From Haplodiscus bocki (Eukaryota), in contig OZ296651.1 in the NCBI GenBank assembly GCA_965655095.1, positions 117,676,001 to 117,740,000 on the forward strand: DNA of 64,000 nucleotides, written 5' to 3'. A program made the position numbers and the translations under genes. The notes under the pieces were generated by a model. That model was not told the origin of the DNA and ran no database searches. It saw only the letters and a list, made by a program, of their open reading frames with translations. Shown here one piece after another: positions 10,554 through 22,850 of this stretch (positions within the stretch are counted from its first letter, which is position 1; each line of letters opens with the position of its first letter).

Positions 10554-11306
10554 TCACAGGTCACAAAAATGTGGTACAGTACCCAAAATTCTGTTTCTTA
10601 GAATGTACATCAAGTTGGAAACACCGTGACGAGATAAATGCACGCCATCCATCAAATTCCTCTCGGAGCTCATTTTGCTAGCCACCGACAAAAAATTGTA
10701 TTGACCCGAAGAGTTTCTGAGTCCATCGTTCACCCTTTTGATATCTAGGAGGCAACGTTTGGATCTCATGACAAGAGCCAGACAGTATACTGTGTAACAC
10801 ATTGGAGTGGCCAGACGCACGAGGTACATAATGTCTCGAACCACCTAAGATTTAACAAAATTTTTTGAGGTGAACATGCACTTCGTTTGATTTTGTCGAA
10901 CTTTCTTCAAATTTTGGAGGAAAAAAATGAAAATACTTTCAGTTTCATTTGACGCTCAGCTTTTCAATAGGAAAATTTTTTTCGCAGGGAAATATCACCT
11001 GCTTATCAATTCATGCACAATGCACCCTGATGTTGCAATGAGTATTTTCCTGAAAATGTTTTCAGTCGCGACCAACTTGACATTCTGTTGAACAAATCAC
11101 TCACTTGCTCAGGAGTTTTTCCTGCTTGTAAGTGCATTTGCCCCGATGAACAGAATGATTGATTCATAAAACGTTGTTAGGTTTCTTAAACAGTCAATTA
11201 CCGGACGGCAAGATGCCGTGGCACCAGAGAAAAACTTCACTTCCAGGTTTTCGTGCTTCCTGACAAGTCTTCTGCCAAGAGAATCAGCTATGATAAGATG
11301 TCTCAT
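10554..11306 (-). pseudogene. SGNH/GDSL hydrolase gene, frameshifted (unit 1)
   Basis: Same two-exon layout as unit 2, but a 14-bp deletion at the end of exon 1 (...TSRKNS* instead of ...TSRGRQRGKTPEQ) shifts the frame. Confidence 0.8.
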
Positions 11307-12217
11307 TTAGATCTGCAGAACGTTGAAAAACAAAGACAAGGGGGGACGACAAAAAAACGACAATTAATGATTCCAACATCATAGGTACACTATGATGGAA
11401 CACAGAAGATAAGTGTCTTTAGCATTAAATTGGAGTATAAAACGCAAGAGCTGAAAAAATCATTGCTCCGAAAGCTCTAAATATATATTTGCTCATTTGA
11501 GTGTGTCTGCTTTTTGGTATAGAAGTTTCACTAAGGTTTCACTAAATGTTTCACCTTGCGGTCGAAACAGGAAGAAGTACAAGGCTTTTATCATACACTA
11601 TCTGGGAGTATATCGTTATTAGGACAAACAAAAAAGAAAGTGTTCGATAAGCATACGTTAAAAATGCAGTGCAAAAAGTTAAATTTTCTAATCAATCAAC
11701 TTTACTAACAGTGGGCAATCAGGAACGTTCTTTGTTAAGGGGCAGTTTAAGAACACCTAATGTACCCATTTCAATGTTCCAAAAAGCATGTTGAAAGTGC
11801 AGCAAACTTTTTTCTGCAAATGAATTTTGTCGAGAAAGTTTTGTATTAAACTTACTTAAACGTTGAACTCTCTGGAAAACAGTACGTTGGCTAAATATTC
11901 TGTAGACTACTCTCAAAGACGTCACAAATTGAACAATTGAATTGTTGTAAATAGCAAAAGAAAAAACATTTAGAAATAACAAATTCAGCGTTCTTTAAAC
12001 ACAGCAAAAAGCAAAAACACACATACTAAAAACATTATACGTGCACCTCTGGAAACCACCGGGGACATTGAAGGTATACGTTGGACGTTTAAAAATTCAT
12101 TTCATGTGTTGAATAAATAATGAACTTCAGGTTTGTTTGTGAGAAAGCATTCACTTCGTCACATTTCACAGTCGGCGAAGCATTTGATAAGTAGTTTGTC
12201 AGTGTTTCTCTAAGGTA

Positions 12218-15200
12218 CTAAAGTAATATAGGCTGATTACAGCAAATTACCAATTTCAAGACATCTTCTTTATGCGGCCAATTTATGATTAAGTTTTCTG
12301 CTGTTGACAATGCATTCGGGAGGGAGATGTTCTTCTTCCTCAAGTTAAGCACTTTAGTAACTGCCTCAAGCCACGGTTTTTCAAAAAACCTTATTCTCTC
12401 CGTTGAGCTGCTTGCAAGAAAACCAGTCACATAAGCACACAAAACCCAAGGTCTTCGAGAGGGATCCTGTGTGAATGATGCTCCCAAGCCAACATTATGT
12501 TCACGAATTCGTCGATTGAGGCACATTGTTGAACCAATATATAATAAGTTGTTTTGCGGGACGCTCTGAATAAGGTAACAGTAGCCAACATTCTCCTGCG
12601 GTATACTGATGGTTGATGGAAAAGGGTTTGTAGCACCATGGAAGATCGTTGGGTCACGGGAAGAACACTTCTGGAGGATTTCGGAAGTCAGCTCCGACCA
12701 CTGTGACTTTTTACACAGCAAACTCAGAATGGCTCCTTCGTTCGACTGCTTCGATCCCACGAAAGTGATGTCCGCCAGTGATCGAACACGACTCATTACT
12801 ACGTATAGTTGCTCTGGCAACCAAAGTGAAAACTCTTGGGCTCCAACAATCTGCGTGGCAACTGTTGGGAGTGTTTCGCCCATAGTTTTATGAATAGTTG
12901 ACGCCACGTACAATTTGAGGGGGAATTGGATTCTGCGACAAATAGTTCTGTGGTTTAGACGAATGTTCACTCCAATTTCTTTTGCAAGGACAATACATCT
13001 CCAGGTACTTCGAATTACAGAGAGTGGTGGAATGGATCGGCAACCAGCAGGTGCCAAGGCAACAGTTACTGTTCCGTTGTCAGCCAATGAGTCCAGGGAA
13101 ACCAAAACACAGAGTTGTCCTTGGAAAGCCATCACATTTGGCTTGTTCACAGTGAGTCGGAGAATTGCTCCGGGGAACAGAAACAACGATTGTGGCTCCA
13201 AACATTTCTTGTTTAGAAACTTTGTTACCGCTCCAGAAGCTTCTATCCAGTTGTCCGTACTTGACACGCACATTTCAACTGTCGATGAACTTTCATGGAA
13301 CTGGGAACCACTGTCTTTCACTTGATTAATATTTTCAACGTCGCATATCTTTCTGCTTTGCGAGTAGCAAAAATTCGAATTGCATCATTTGGTACGTCAT
13401 CCCAACATTATACGAAATTGCAATTTCGCTCGATCAAATTCCAAATTTGCTTTCCGATGGGAGGTGTTCTGGGAAAAGTTGACATGAGTGACAAAACTTT
13501 CTGACCTGCTTCGTTTTGCATACGCACAAAGTGCTGGAGGAAACTAAAATGAAAAGTCGTTAAAGGGAATGAAGAACTGATCAGACAACTTCCTTTTCGT
13601 GGAGGAAGTTGAAAAAAATCTCCTGTTGCAATGATTAGTTTCCCAGCAAATGGCACGTAGTTCGAGCAAATGATTTGGAAAACGTGGTCCGTGGCCGCCC
13701 AAAGTTCACTAGAGATCATCGAAATTTCTTCAACGAACAATACATCCAAATTCTGGAGAAGCCGACTTTTGTCCGGTGATTTCTGCAAGCTGGACAAAGC
13801 TACTCGAGACAAAGAATTAACAGTTCCATTTTTTTCCACCGGGAAAGGAATAAGAGCGTTCAGATGCTTCCCACCTAAAGCAGCCGACCTTTCGGCCGCC
13901 AGCGAAGTTACCATGCAATTGAGTCCTTGACATATTGCATAACTCAGAGCTCTCAACATGATGAACGTTTTTCCCGTTCCTGGTGCCCCTGCAATGATTT
14001 GATGTCTGACGAAATTTTGTGTTCCTCCTCTGTACAAGTCCACCATTTCAACTAAATGTTTCAAAATTTCACTCTGTTCACAGTACGACTTCACTGTCTG
14101 GCCAGGATGTCTACCAAAGTCCGGTTTCCAAACAATGGGTGCAGTTAGGGAAGCGTCTATCATACTTTCTTCGCTTGGAAGTCCCATTTGACATGTGTGT
14201 AAGAACTCTACCAATCTACTCTTGTTCATTGTCAAATCTACAGCAACATTTTCTTCGGAGTCGGCAGAGATAGTGCGATCCAAAACAGCTGGTACCCCGG
14301 ATGCAAAATACAAATTGTTTTCTAACAGTGCCTCTCCTAGAACACTATTTGCCATCAACAAATACTTGTCAATGAGTTTAGAGGATCCTGGCACAAAGCG
14401 GAGCTGTTGCAGTAGGTACCGGCGAGCTAGTTGAAGGACGACTGCTACAGTAATGTTGTTACGCTCGACCAGGTTGGCAGCTACAAAAACTTCCCTGAAA
14501 GAGGAAACAGAGAGAATGTCCAGTTCGGTGTCAAACGAACCAAAAGTTAGCACAAAGTGCAACAAGAACTTTGCTGGACTACTGGGCAGATTATTTGTGA
14601 AAACCACTATGGCTTTTTGATCTGAGAAACAAAGATTGTACGCTACTAGTCTGGGGCAACTTTTGGTTCCTTGCAATTTGGGGACAATTTGTTTGCGGCA
14701 CTCCTCTTTCAAAAATTCGTCCCTCGGCTCATCACTTCTTGTTGCACAGAAATCAAGAAAATCAAAGATAGCGGATGGGCGTATCTTGATGACGTATCCG
14801 AGGCAATCAACCCAAAAGTCATTACACGATGCACGGCTCAACAAAATCTCATGACTACTTTTCCCTTTCGAAATGTTGTTTTTGAGTCTAACGAACCAAC
14901 TGAAATAACTTTTCAAACTGCTGACAAAGAGAAGCTCCGGTGGTCTCAGCCCAAAAATGGTCACTTTGTCAGGCGTAATCGAACTCGCTTCTACATCTGC
15001 CAACAACAATTCTTGATTTTTTGTTAATTGTCGATGTTTTGGAAGCTTCAGGACGTTTTTCCGAATTCGAACAGCTTCGGCAAAAACAGCACTGATGTTC
15101 ATGGTGCTCGCAGTATATTTTTCTATCACTATTCCTGATCTGAATTCTTTGGGAACTGTTGGTACATGAATGAAATCTACGTTTCTGCAAACGCACGGCA

Positions 15201-18200
15201 ACTGCAAAGCCCACCACAAGCATTCAGTAATGCTAACAATTCTTCCTGTTACAGATTTGCGTTTATCATCATCCTGACGTTTTTTGGTTACGCTGGATTG
15301 GACACCGGCTATTTTTTCATTCACAATAGGTTCCGTTTGCACATTCACTTCATTCTCACCAGCAGAGGCTAATATCTTTGTGAACGCCCGACCTTCCACA
15401 CCGGCAGCATACTTTGCAACGTATCGTGAACACATTTCGTCGTCACAAATTTGGACGTTCGTACTGCTTTCGGTGAAAGCAAACAAAGCTGCATTTGTTG
15501 GTGACGAGTGTTCATTGTAAGCAGCAGGGTAGTGATGTTTTCCAGCTCTCAGTTCTTCTTCAACTTCGTCTGTTGAAGAGTTAGGGTCAATATAGGACAA
15601 TTTCATGCTTCTCAGCAAGTCCCAAGTTTCTTTAGAGTAATTAGGTTGTATTTCCTTGTAAGAGAACCCAACTGATGCAGGATATTTAGGTACCCTACAC
15701 ACTGGCTTTCCCGACCAATCAGTTTTCTTTTTACATCTATTTTTTCCTTTGCCACAATCGTGCCGTTGGTATCTTTGGAAAAGTTCTCCCAACCGGAACC
15801 GTTCTCTATCCGATAATGCTGGACAACATTTGCTCAAGGCGCCCATGAATGTTTCTTTCGAACAGCAGACTCGGGATTGAACTTCCGGACCAAACTTGTT
15901 TTCCTCGGTACACACTAGTGCATGGATGTGTGGAAAGGCCGAAGTTTCATCTTGCCACTCGTATCTTATCCATAAGTGAGAGATTGGTCCCAAAGGTTGC
16001 TCGGCCGAACACTTCAACCATTGCATTACATACAGTGAGGCGCGATGCCAACATCTAAGCATAGGCATTAATTCACTTTGTATTACAGATAATCTCAGTT
16101 CTTTCGATGTAATATCGGGCGGGTAAAGTTTGTCAATAGCCTGGAAAATTTTCCGCAAGCCGGGGTGAGTAGATTGTCCACATGTGTATGTAACAAAATA
16201 AGTGGGGTTTTTATCTCTAATGAGTGCTGCTACTTCGCACACATTTTTCCGGGATTCTGCACAATCGAATTTGAACGTTTCATCGGAAAAGTACTGATAA
16301 TTAGTAGGCGCACTGCCCAATTCTTGCCAGCCTCTGTTCAACACAATCCGAATATCAGTTTTACTCAATTGTAAGTTTAAAAGACAGTCAAAAACGAACT
16401 GAAGATAAGATGCGTGACTGGAGGTTAAAAGCGACCCATCAGTGATGCGAGTTCGCAGCATGTTCTCTAAACCTGCAAACCCTACTTGTTTGTTGTATTT
16501 TTCGGATTGGAACAGGGATATTGGAATTGCTCCTTCAATGCTGCCTTCGTAATTTTGGGACCAGAAAGTAGAAGGAAAAAGCAGTCCTTCCGGTTGAAGC
16601 AAAGGCGTTGATGATGTCGAGGAAGCTGTAATGTTTTCCATGAAACGTTTCTCCTTAACGGTTAGGGTAATGGGATGACCTTTTTTCCTGTACAGTAAGT
16701 TGCATCGAGAATTCAACAGTATGTGGAGAGGAATATTGTAATTTTCCTCACTGACAGCCTCTTGTACAGCAACAATGGCCCTTTGACCCGAACACACGTT
16801 CAATTTATTCATCACCAATTCACTTTCGCTGATCGAGTTTGCGTTCATGTTGTTGCACAAAAAAGAAGCTAACGACGAACTTGAGTTTTGACTTGAACAG
16901 TTGATGGATAAATCTGGTTCAACAACGCTTCTGTCCTGCTCACATAAACTAGCTATGTTGGAATTCAGTTCACACAGTGCACCATTGATTGCAGCTTCAG
17001 CGTTTGGTTTTTCAGGCGCTAATTTTCGTTTTGCTATAGGTCCAACTAAAACTCGTAAGTTCGGATGTTTCATTCCCTCGTCGAAGTGTTTCTTACACAC
17101 ACAACTGTTGCACTTTGAGTAGGCACATCTGAGGAATGATGACCTTCCACATCGACAGAAGTAGTTGCTACGTCGGAAGTCCCTTGTTAAAGGAACATCA
17201 AGTTTGTCACAAATGAAAACTCCTTGACCGGTTAAATTACTGAGATAGTGCCACTTTACAGTCGACACTTTCTTAGAGTTAGTTCCTCGGTAGATTAAAA
17301 AACTCCAGTAGCCTCGTAGCATTTTTTTCTATTAAGGTCTCAGGTGACTCCAACAAAGGTTCAGCAAACTTGTTAGCTTTCAGTGTACGCCAAAAATTGC
17401 AGAAGCGACCACCATGCCGAAGCAAAGTTACAGCATCTGTACCCCGAGAACCACAACCACATCCCACAAGCTCAAATTGGACATCAAACACGATGATATT
17501 GAGAGGTGGGTTGACCTTGTTCCTCAAATTGTTTACATCAGTTGTTGTAGCAATCACGTGTTTCGTATCCATGGTTACGTCGCGCACAATTTTCTCAGTC
17601 AATTCTATTCTTTGGCTCAAATGCAGATGGCATAAGTCAGCACATAATGCGTGCAACACCACGCCACCCGCCTGAAAAAAGTTTGAAATCATGTTTGGGT
17701 TGTCATTGTTAGTCGCCGCGTTGTTCAATATACTGTCAATGTCAGCTTGAGCTTGTGAAATACGCTGCAACTTGCTTTCTTTTCCAAACCAAGCAAATGT
17801 ATGACCAACAGTGACAACAAATTTGTTGCCAAAACGTGGTTAACGCCGGATACCATGGATGAACATAAAATTGGAGAAATGCAGCATGCTGCTTGAAGAA
17901 ACCAGAGTGTATCTCCAGTATCATTGATCAGAGGAGGAGGTGAGCAACCATGTTCATTGTTTGGTTGAGCCAAAGCGTAGCACTGAAGAAATTTCACATT
18001 ACTCAAAAGTTCTTGTTCGTTTTTGTCTATCACTTTCGTCAATCGAATGCAGGTGTCAAGATCTACGCCGACATGCTCCGGCATTTTTTCCTTTTTCAGC
18101 TGATATTGAGAGAGATCAGTGGCGACATCTTCAATCAATTTACCTTGAACAACCCATTGTCTAATTAAAATTGGGATATCTGACCTGAAAAACATGGCGG

Positions 18201-20313
18201 TTCCTTCAGCCTGGAACAAACGATTGCTAGTGATGTTCCAACGCCGTTTACGTCTCAACGAAACAGTACTCATACCACTATAAGACCCAACGCTCCGAAA
18301 CAGTTGATAGGTGTGGCTAGCATAATTAGCCTTGAAGCTACTCACACACGACAATGAAGGTGATACAATGGCTAATCGTTCCTCAAACAAAGTTGGAATT
18401 CGTCCCAGCTCCGGATGCCTGGGGGGATGCAAGAACTGTAACTCACATCCCCTGTCATGCGCAGAACAAGTTTGCACAACCAAACCTTCTTTCTCATGTA
18501 ACCGCAATGTGGCAGCCACTAGAAACGTCTTTAAGCACATCAAAGGGCGCAAAAAGTCGAGTCTAGCGCCTCTGAGTTTTTTGAATGCAGACGCTTGGAA
18601 TGATGTGAAAGTTCTGTCTATTAAGTTTACAAAATGCTGCGCTGGTATGTAGCCAGGATCTTCGATAAACGTCCAACAACCGAAAGGGCAACGTATGTTT
18701 GGATACGGTTCCAACTCCAAATCTTCAGCCATTTCTTTTTGTCTCATTGTTGTCATTAGTTGCTCGAAACGTTTCAGTCTCTGTGTTCCATCAACAGTAC
18801 AAGTGCCAAAAATACGCCGCCGATTCAAAACACGCTGGATGCAGATAGAGAAAAGGGTAATTAGCCCTAGCCAATGTTGCCTTATTTCCAGGGGTAACAG
18901 CGAGCAAATAGCGACTAAACAAGCTTCTGGCTCGGAAGTATCAGAAAGGAGCGTGAAAAAAACAGCTAGCCAAGCCATTTGCCAGTTAACTTTTGGTGCA
19001 GTACAATAGTTATAACAGAAACAACACACATGTACGTTATCGTTTTTCAGCTTCCTACCAAACTTTCTATTAACCAATCCAGCTTTGCTGTAGGCCTTAA
19101 TGTCGAACGGAAAATATACCGTGGCTTGACGCATGCACTTGCAACAAATGTTGGCAGCATCGACAGTATCTGTCACAACCAATTTTGACTCAGTTTTAAC
19201 GGTTGATTCTTCAGTCAATTCCGATGATGGAACAAAATTTTCAGTTATTTTCAGTAAAATCTCATCAGTCAACTCGCCTCCAGGCAATCTGTGAAACTGA
19301 TCTTGTCGATGTTCCACAGCAGTTGGAGGACGGCCTCTACTTCGCGTTGTAGTATTTTCTCCATCACAAAGAGCTTCTGCCAAACAAAAAGATGTCACAG
19401 CTGTATTAGTTTCTCTATCGTCGATCAAATATGTGGCGACTGGATATTCTGAAGACCGTCTGCGCTTCTGCAACGGCTCAGTTTCATCAAGTGCTGCAAG
19501 CGCTGTCTGGATTACGTGGCAGTGAGTATTCATTGCTGAATTTGCACATTGACTACTCGAACCAGCAACATCTTCTGATAGGAGTGATGAAGCGTGGCAT
19601 GTTTCGGTCAAGCCACTAATTACCTCAAAGTGATCTCCAGTTCGCGTTTGTTGAATGAAAACGCCTTGTCTGTCATTTGAGCAGTCGCATTTGTAAACGA
19701 ACCAATTTTTCAAAAGACTGTGGTATACATAAACGTCCAATTTAAAAAATTGACAGAAGGTATATATTTCAACACAAGTGCCAAAAACTCCATTTTCTGC
19801 CATTCGTGATGTCTGCAGGTAGTGGTTGACAGTTGGACTGGTGAGAAGTTTGTTCTGGTTGGGGAACTCAATGGAATAGATAGAAGGTTGCAAACTGTTT
19901 TCCGGAAAGGTTACCGAGTCCATGTTACTCACAATATGTTTCCTCAAATCATGACCACTTTCATGAGAGAAACCGATAGATACGCCCAGGGCAGTGAAAA
20001 GACAATTACCATCACCCGTTATTTTAAGACTCTGCGAGGGTTGAACAGAAGTGAGGCGAATGTTAGTTTTATTCACAATTATGCCGCTTGTTGGGGAACA
20101 GGATAGTCCCATCGCTTTCAACGTTGATTCTATATGCAGGCTATCAACAGATGAGACCAGCAAATTACTATCAGCTATACTGTACAAAATTCCTAATGGT
20201 TCGCTGGTTGAAGAAACATTGTCAGTGGTATTTGGACAGGAGTGATTACGTTCACTGAAGCGTCCACATTTTGCACAGCGACGTCTTTTCAAATCACTCT
20301 TGCCAGATGGCAT
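12218..20313 (-). pseudogene. Disrupted OTU-Rep-PIF1-GIY-YIG polyprotein (unit 1)
   Basis: ORF pieces 17725-20340, 17279-17770, 13408-17322 and 12218-13321 are collinear with unit 3. Lesions: 1-bp loss near 17806, extra A near 17322, GAA>TAA at 13408, 1-bp loss near 13330. Confidence 0.9.
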
Positions 20314-21989
20314 TGCTCTTTCACAACAAACTTCGCTCAAAAGTTTATCAATACCTCATCTTTAATAGTGAATACAATGTAAAGAGTAGGCGCCATTATA
20401 GAACCAACGTTCAAAATGACATCCTTTTGCTCGGCTTTCAAACTGTTCAATTAACGGTAGCATCTAATTAATTCGAAAAAAGTAGTATCCAGAAAAATAC
20501 ATGCAATGTGGGCCTTGGTTTTGCGCAGTTAACGGAGCAAAACCAAGGCATTCATCAGAGAATGAAAACAAACAGGTACTTACTTGGAGAGGCGGCGATG
20601 TAATGAGTGTTAATTGCGAATCTTGTGTTGTTTAAAAATCGTATTTAAGAAAATAATTTCCGTTCGCCCATACAAGTGGAACGCATCTCGATGTTACGGA
20701 TTCCCGTAAATTATTAGTGTACATGGCGAGTTCTGTCAAGTTTTTTTCCACAATCCTCAGTAAAAGAGACTACAATGCACATCACAATGGTTCTTAGAAA
20801 CCAACAATGTTCAGTTGGAAAAACCAACTGAGAACGCATAAGTGTTGAGCGAATTCATACGGATTTCGAAAGGTGTTTTGGAAAACTGTGCACTTTAGCA
20901 GGCCTGCAAGTTAACCTAAAAAGAGTAATCTTGAAAAATGAGGAGGCAAGAAATGGAGAAAAAAAAGTTTTCCGAGATCTTACTATTAATTCAGGCAAAC
21001 TAAAATTATGCCCTATTCTTTATGACGGAAGTCTGACACGAGGTGAAAATTGACTGCACAGAAAAATATCATCACGTAGAAAACCCGAAATCCTAACAAA
21101 CTAGAGAACTATGTTTAAAAGATTCTCACCATCTTGTTTCTCTCTTAGTAAAATCTTGGCTTCCAAAATCATTGCATGATACGGAAGTTATGGAAGCTGA
21201 GAAAACCAGGTGATTCAGTTGAGAAAACAACTGCTTGGAGCAGTGGTTGATCAATAAAAATTCAATCAAAAATATCGACAGCGTTTATGTAAATGCTAAA
21301 AATGAAACATTCAAGTTGATTATTGTACAAAGCAGATGGGATTTTTGACAGTTGAAACAACAAACAGCAAGAGGCCCTCTTTTTCCCCCGCGAAAAAACA
21401 CGTTAACAATTTCACCTTGTCAAAGTTTCATTTGAACACCTGAAGAATGTAAACTTTCAGTATTTGCCGAAATTTTTGAAATTGTCGTCAAACAGAAGTC
21501 GTTTTCTTATAAGTGCGTCACAAAGTTGATCCACAGTCCCATGCGTGGTACTTCCACGCCACAGATAACACACAGTTTGCTATGAATGTTGAGGCAGTAC
21601 CTTCCACCAAAAAGTATTTTCCACAAGCAAGGCTTTTCGCTAACATCTGCACAAAACGCGTCCGAATCCAAACAGTGTTGTCGGAAAAGGCAATTTTTTG
21701 CGGTCAAAACTATTGATAATATGATCTGAATTACCGTCATTCGATCTTGAATTTCGCTCCAAAAAGGGTAAAAACAATTGAGTGGTTGATCACATGGAAG
21801 ATGAAACGAAACTCACAGGCAACACAAACATGAAGATTTTTCAATAGCAGCAAAAACACGATGAAATGACGCACACACTGTCAAGTTTGTCAGAAACCTA
21901 TAGGTAATGTAATTCTGCGAACATGCACGTTAACACTCCGTAGCTTTTAGGCGGTAGAAGGGTAAAAAATTAATGAAAACATTTTCTCC

Positions 21990-22850
21990 GTAGCAAAACC
22001 ATTAGCTTGCTCAACTCTGAGGAGCCCGTTGACACTGTTCGTTCAATGCCAATCATCTTTGGAATCCATCGGTATAAATTTAAAGTTACGATTATGTTGT
22101 ACACTTTTCAATTTTTCTTACGCCTCTCATGCTCCATCAGCCACATTAGCAATTCATGTAGGATGATAACAGCGGAGTTCCCCTTTGGAATTCGGAAATT
22201 GTGGAAGAATACCCAGTAGTCAGTCAACGATTCTTACAAATATTATCCAGCATTCTTCGTTCAGGAAAACGTCAGTTAAATAAATTACCCGAAACAATTA
22301 GCTCAATTTATCGACAGAAGCCACACGATGTTGACCATAGTCAGTTGAGACTTCAGTGAGCCACGATTCACAAGAGGAAAACTTCAAACGATCGAATGAC
22401 ATAAGAAAAGTGTCTACTTCAGAGGGCTCAAATGAGGGATGGGAAATTGGCAAAGTCTAGTTGACGCTAAAGAAATTATGATTTCATATCAAAACGCTTT
22501 ATACAAAAACTAACTTCGGCAATAGTTGAGAGGAATGACACTTTGCTATATTTCGCACGTCCGCGGATAATTGTTTTGACAACGAGAAGCATTATTTCAC
22601 AGAAAAATCAAAACTTACTTTGAAAAAAGTTCGAAACTCCCATATGTAGGCTTCAGAACCAACCAAATATAATCTTGCGAAAAACTAAGGTAAAAGAATT
22701 CGTGAAACGCGACAATTTTTGAACGGTCTGTAGAACAATAAAATCTTCAAAATCGGAAACACCCAAAAACGACATCAAGAGTAAATAAGCATCGTTTCAA
22801 CTGTACACATTACCTCCACATATTGTTGAAGTTGCTTACACTAACCACAT
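21990..22850 (-). pseudogene. Decayed accessory ORF (unit 1; also ~38600-39470 and ~56580-57450); boundaries approximate
   Basis: Fragments FYRPFKNCRVS...VGSEAYI, PISHPSFEPSEVDTF...WLTEVSTDYG and SAVIILHELLMWLMEH show amino-acid-level similarity to unit 0 (2930-3790). Confidence 0.5.

Noticed and set aside
12609-20245. Many plus-strand ORFs of 60-213 aa over the polyprotein, repeated in each unit
   Set aside because: They are antisense shadows of the long minus-strand ORF and recur only because the DNA is repeated.
21507-21740. Cys-rich 77-aa ORF in units 1 and 3
   Set aside because: The frame is not preserved as an ORF in unit 2 and I found no counterpart in unit 0. It may belong to the decayed gene but cannot be supported alone.
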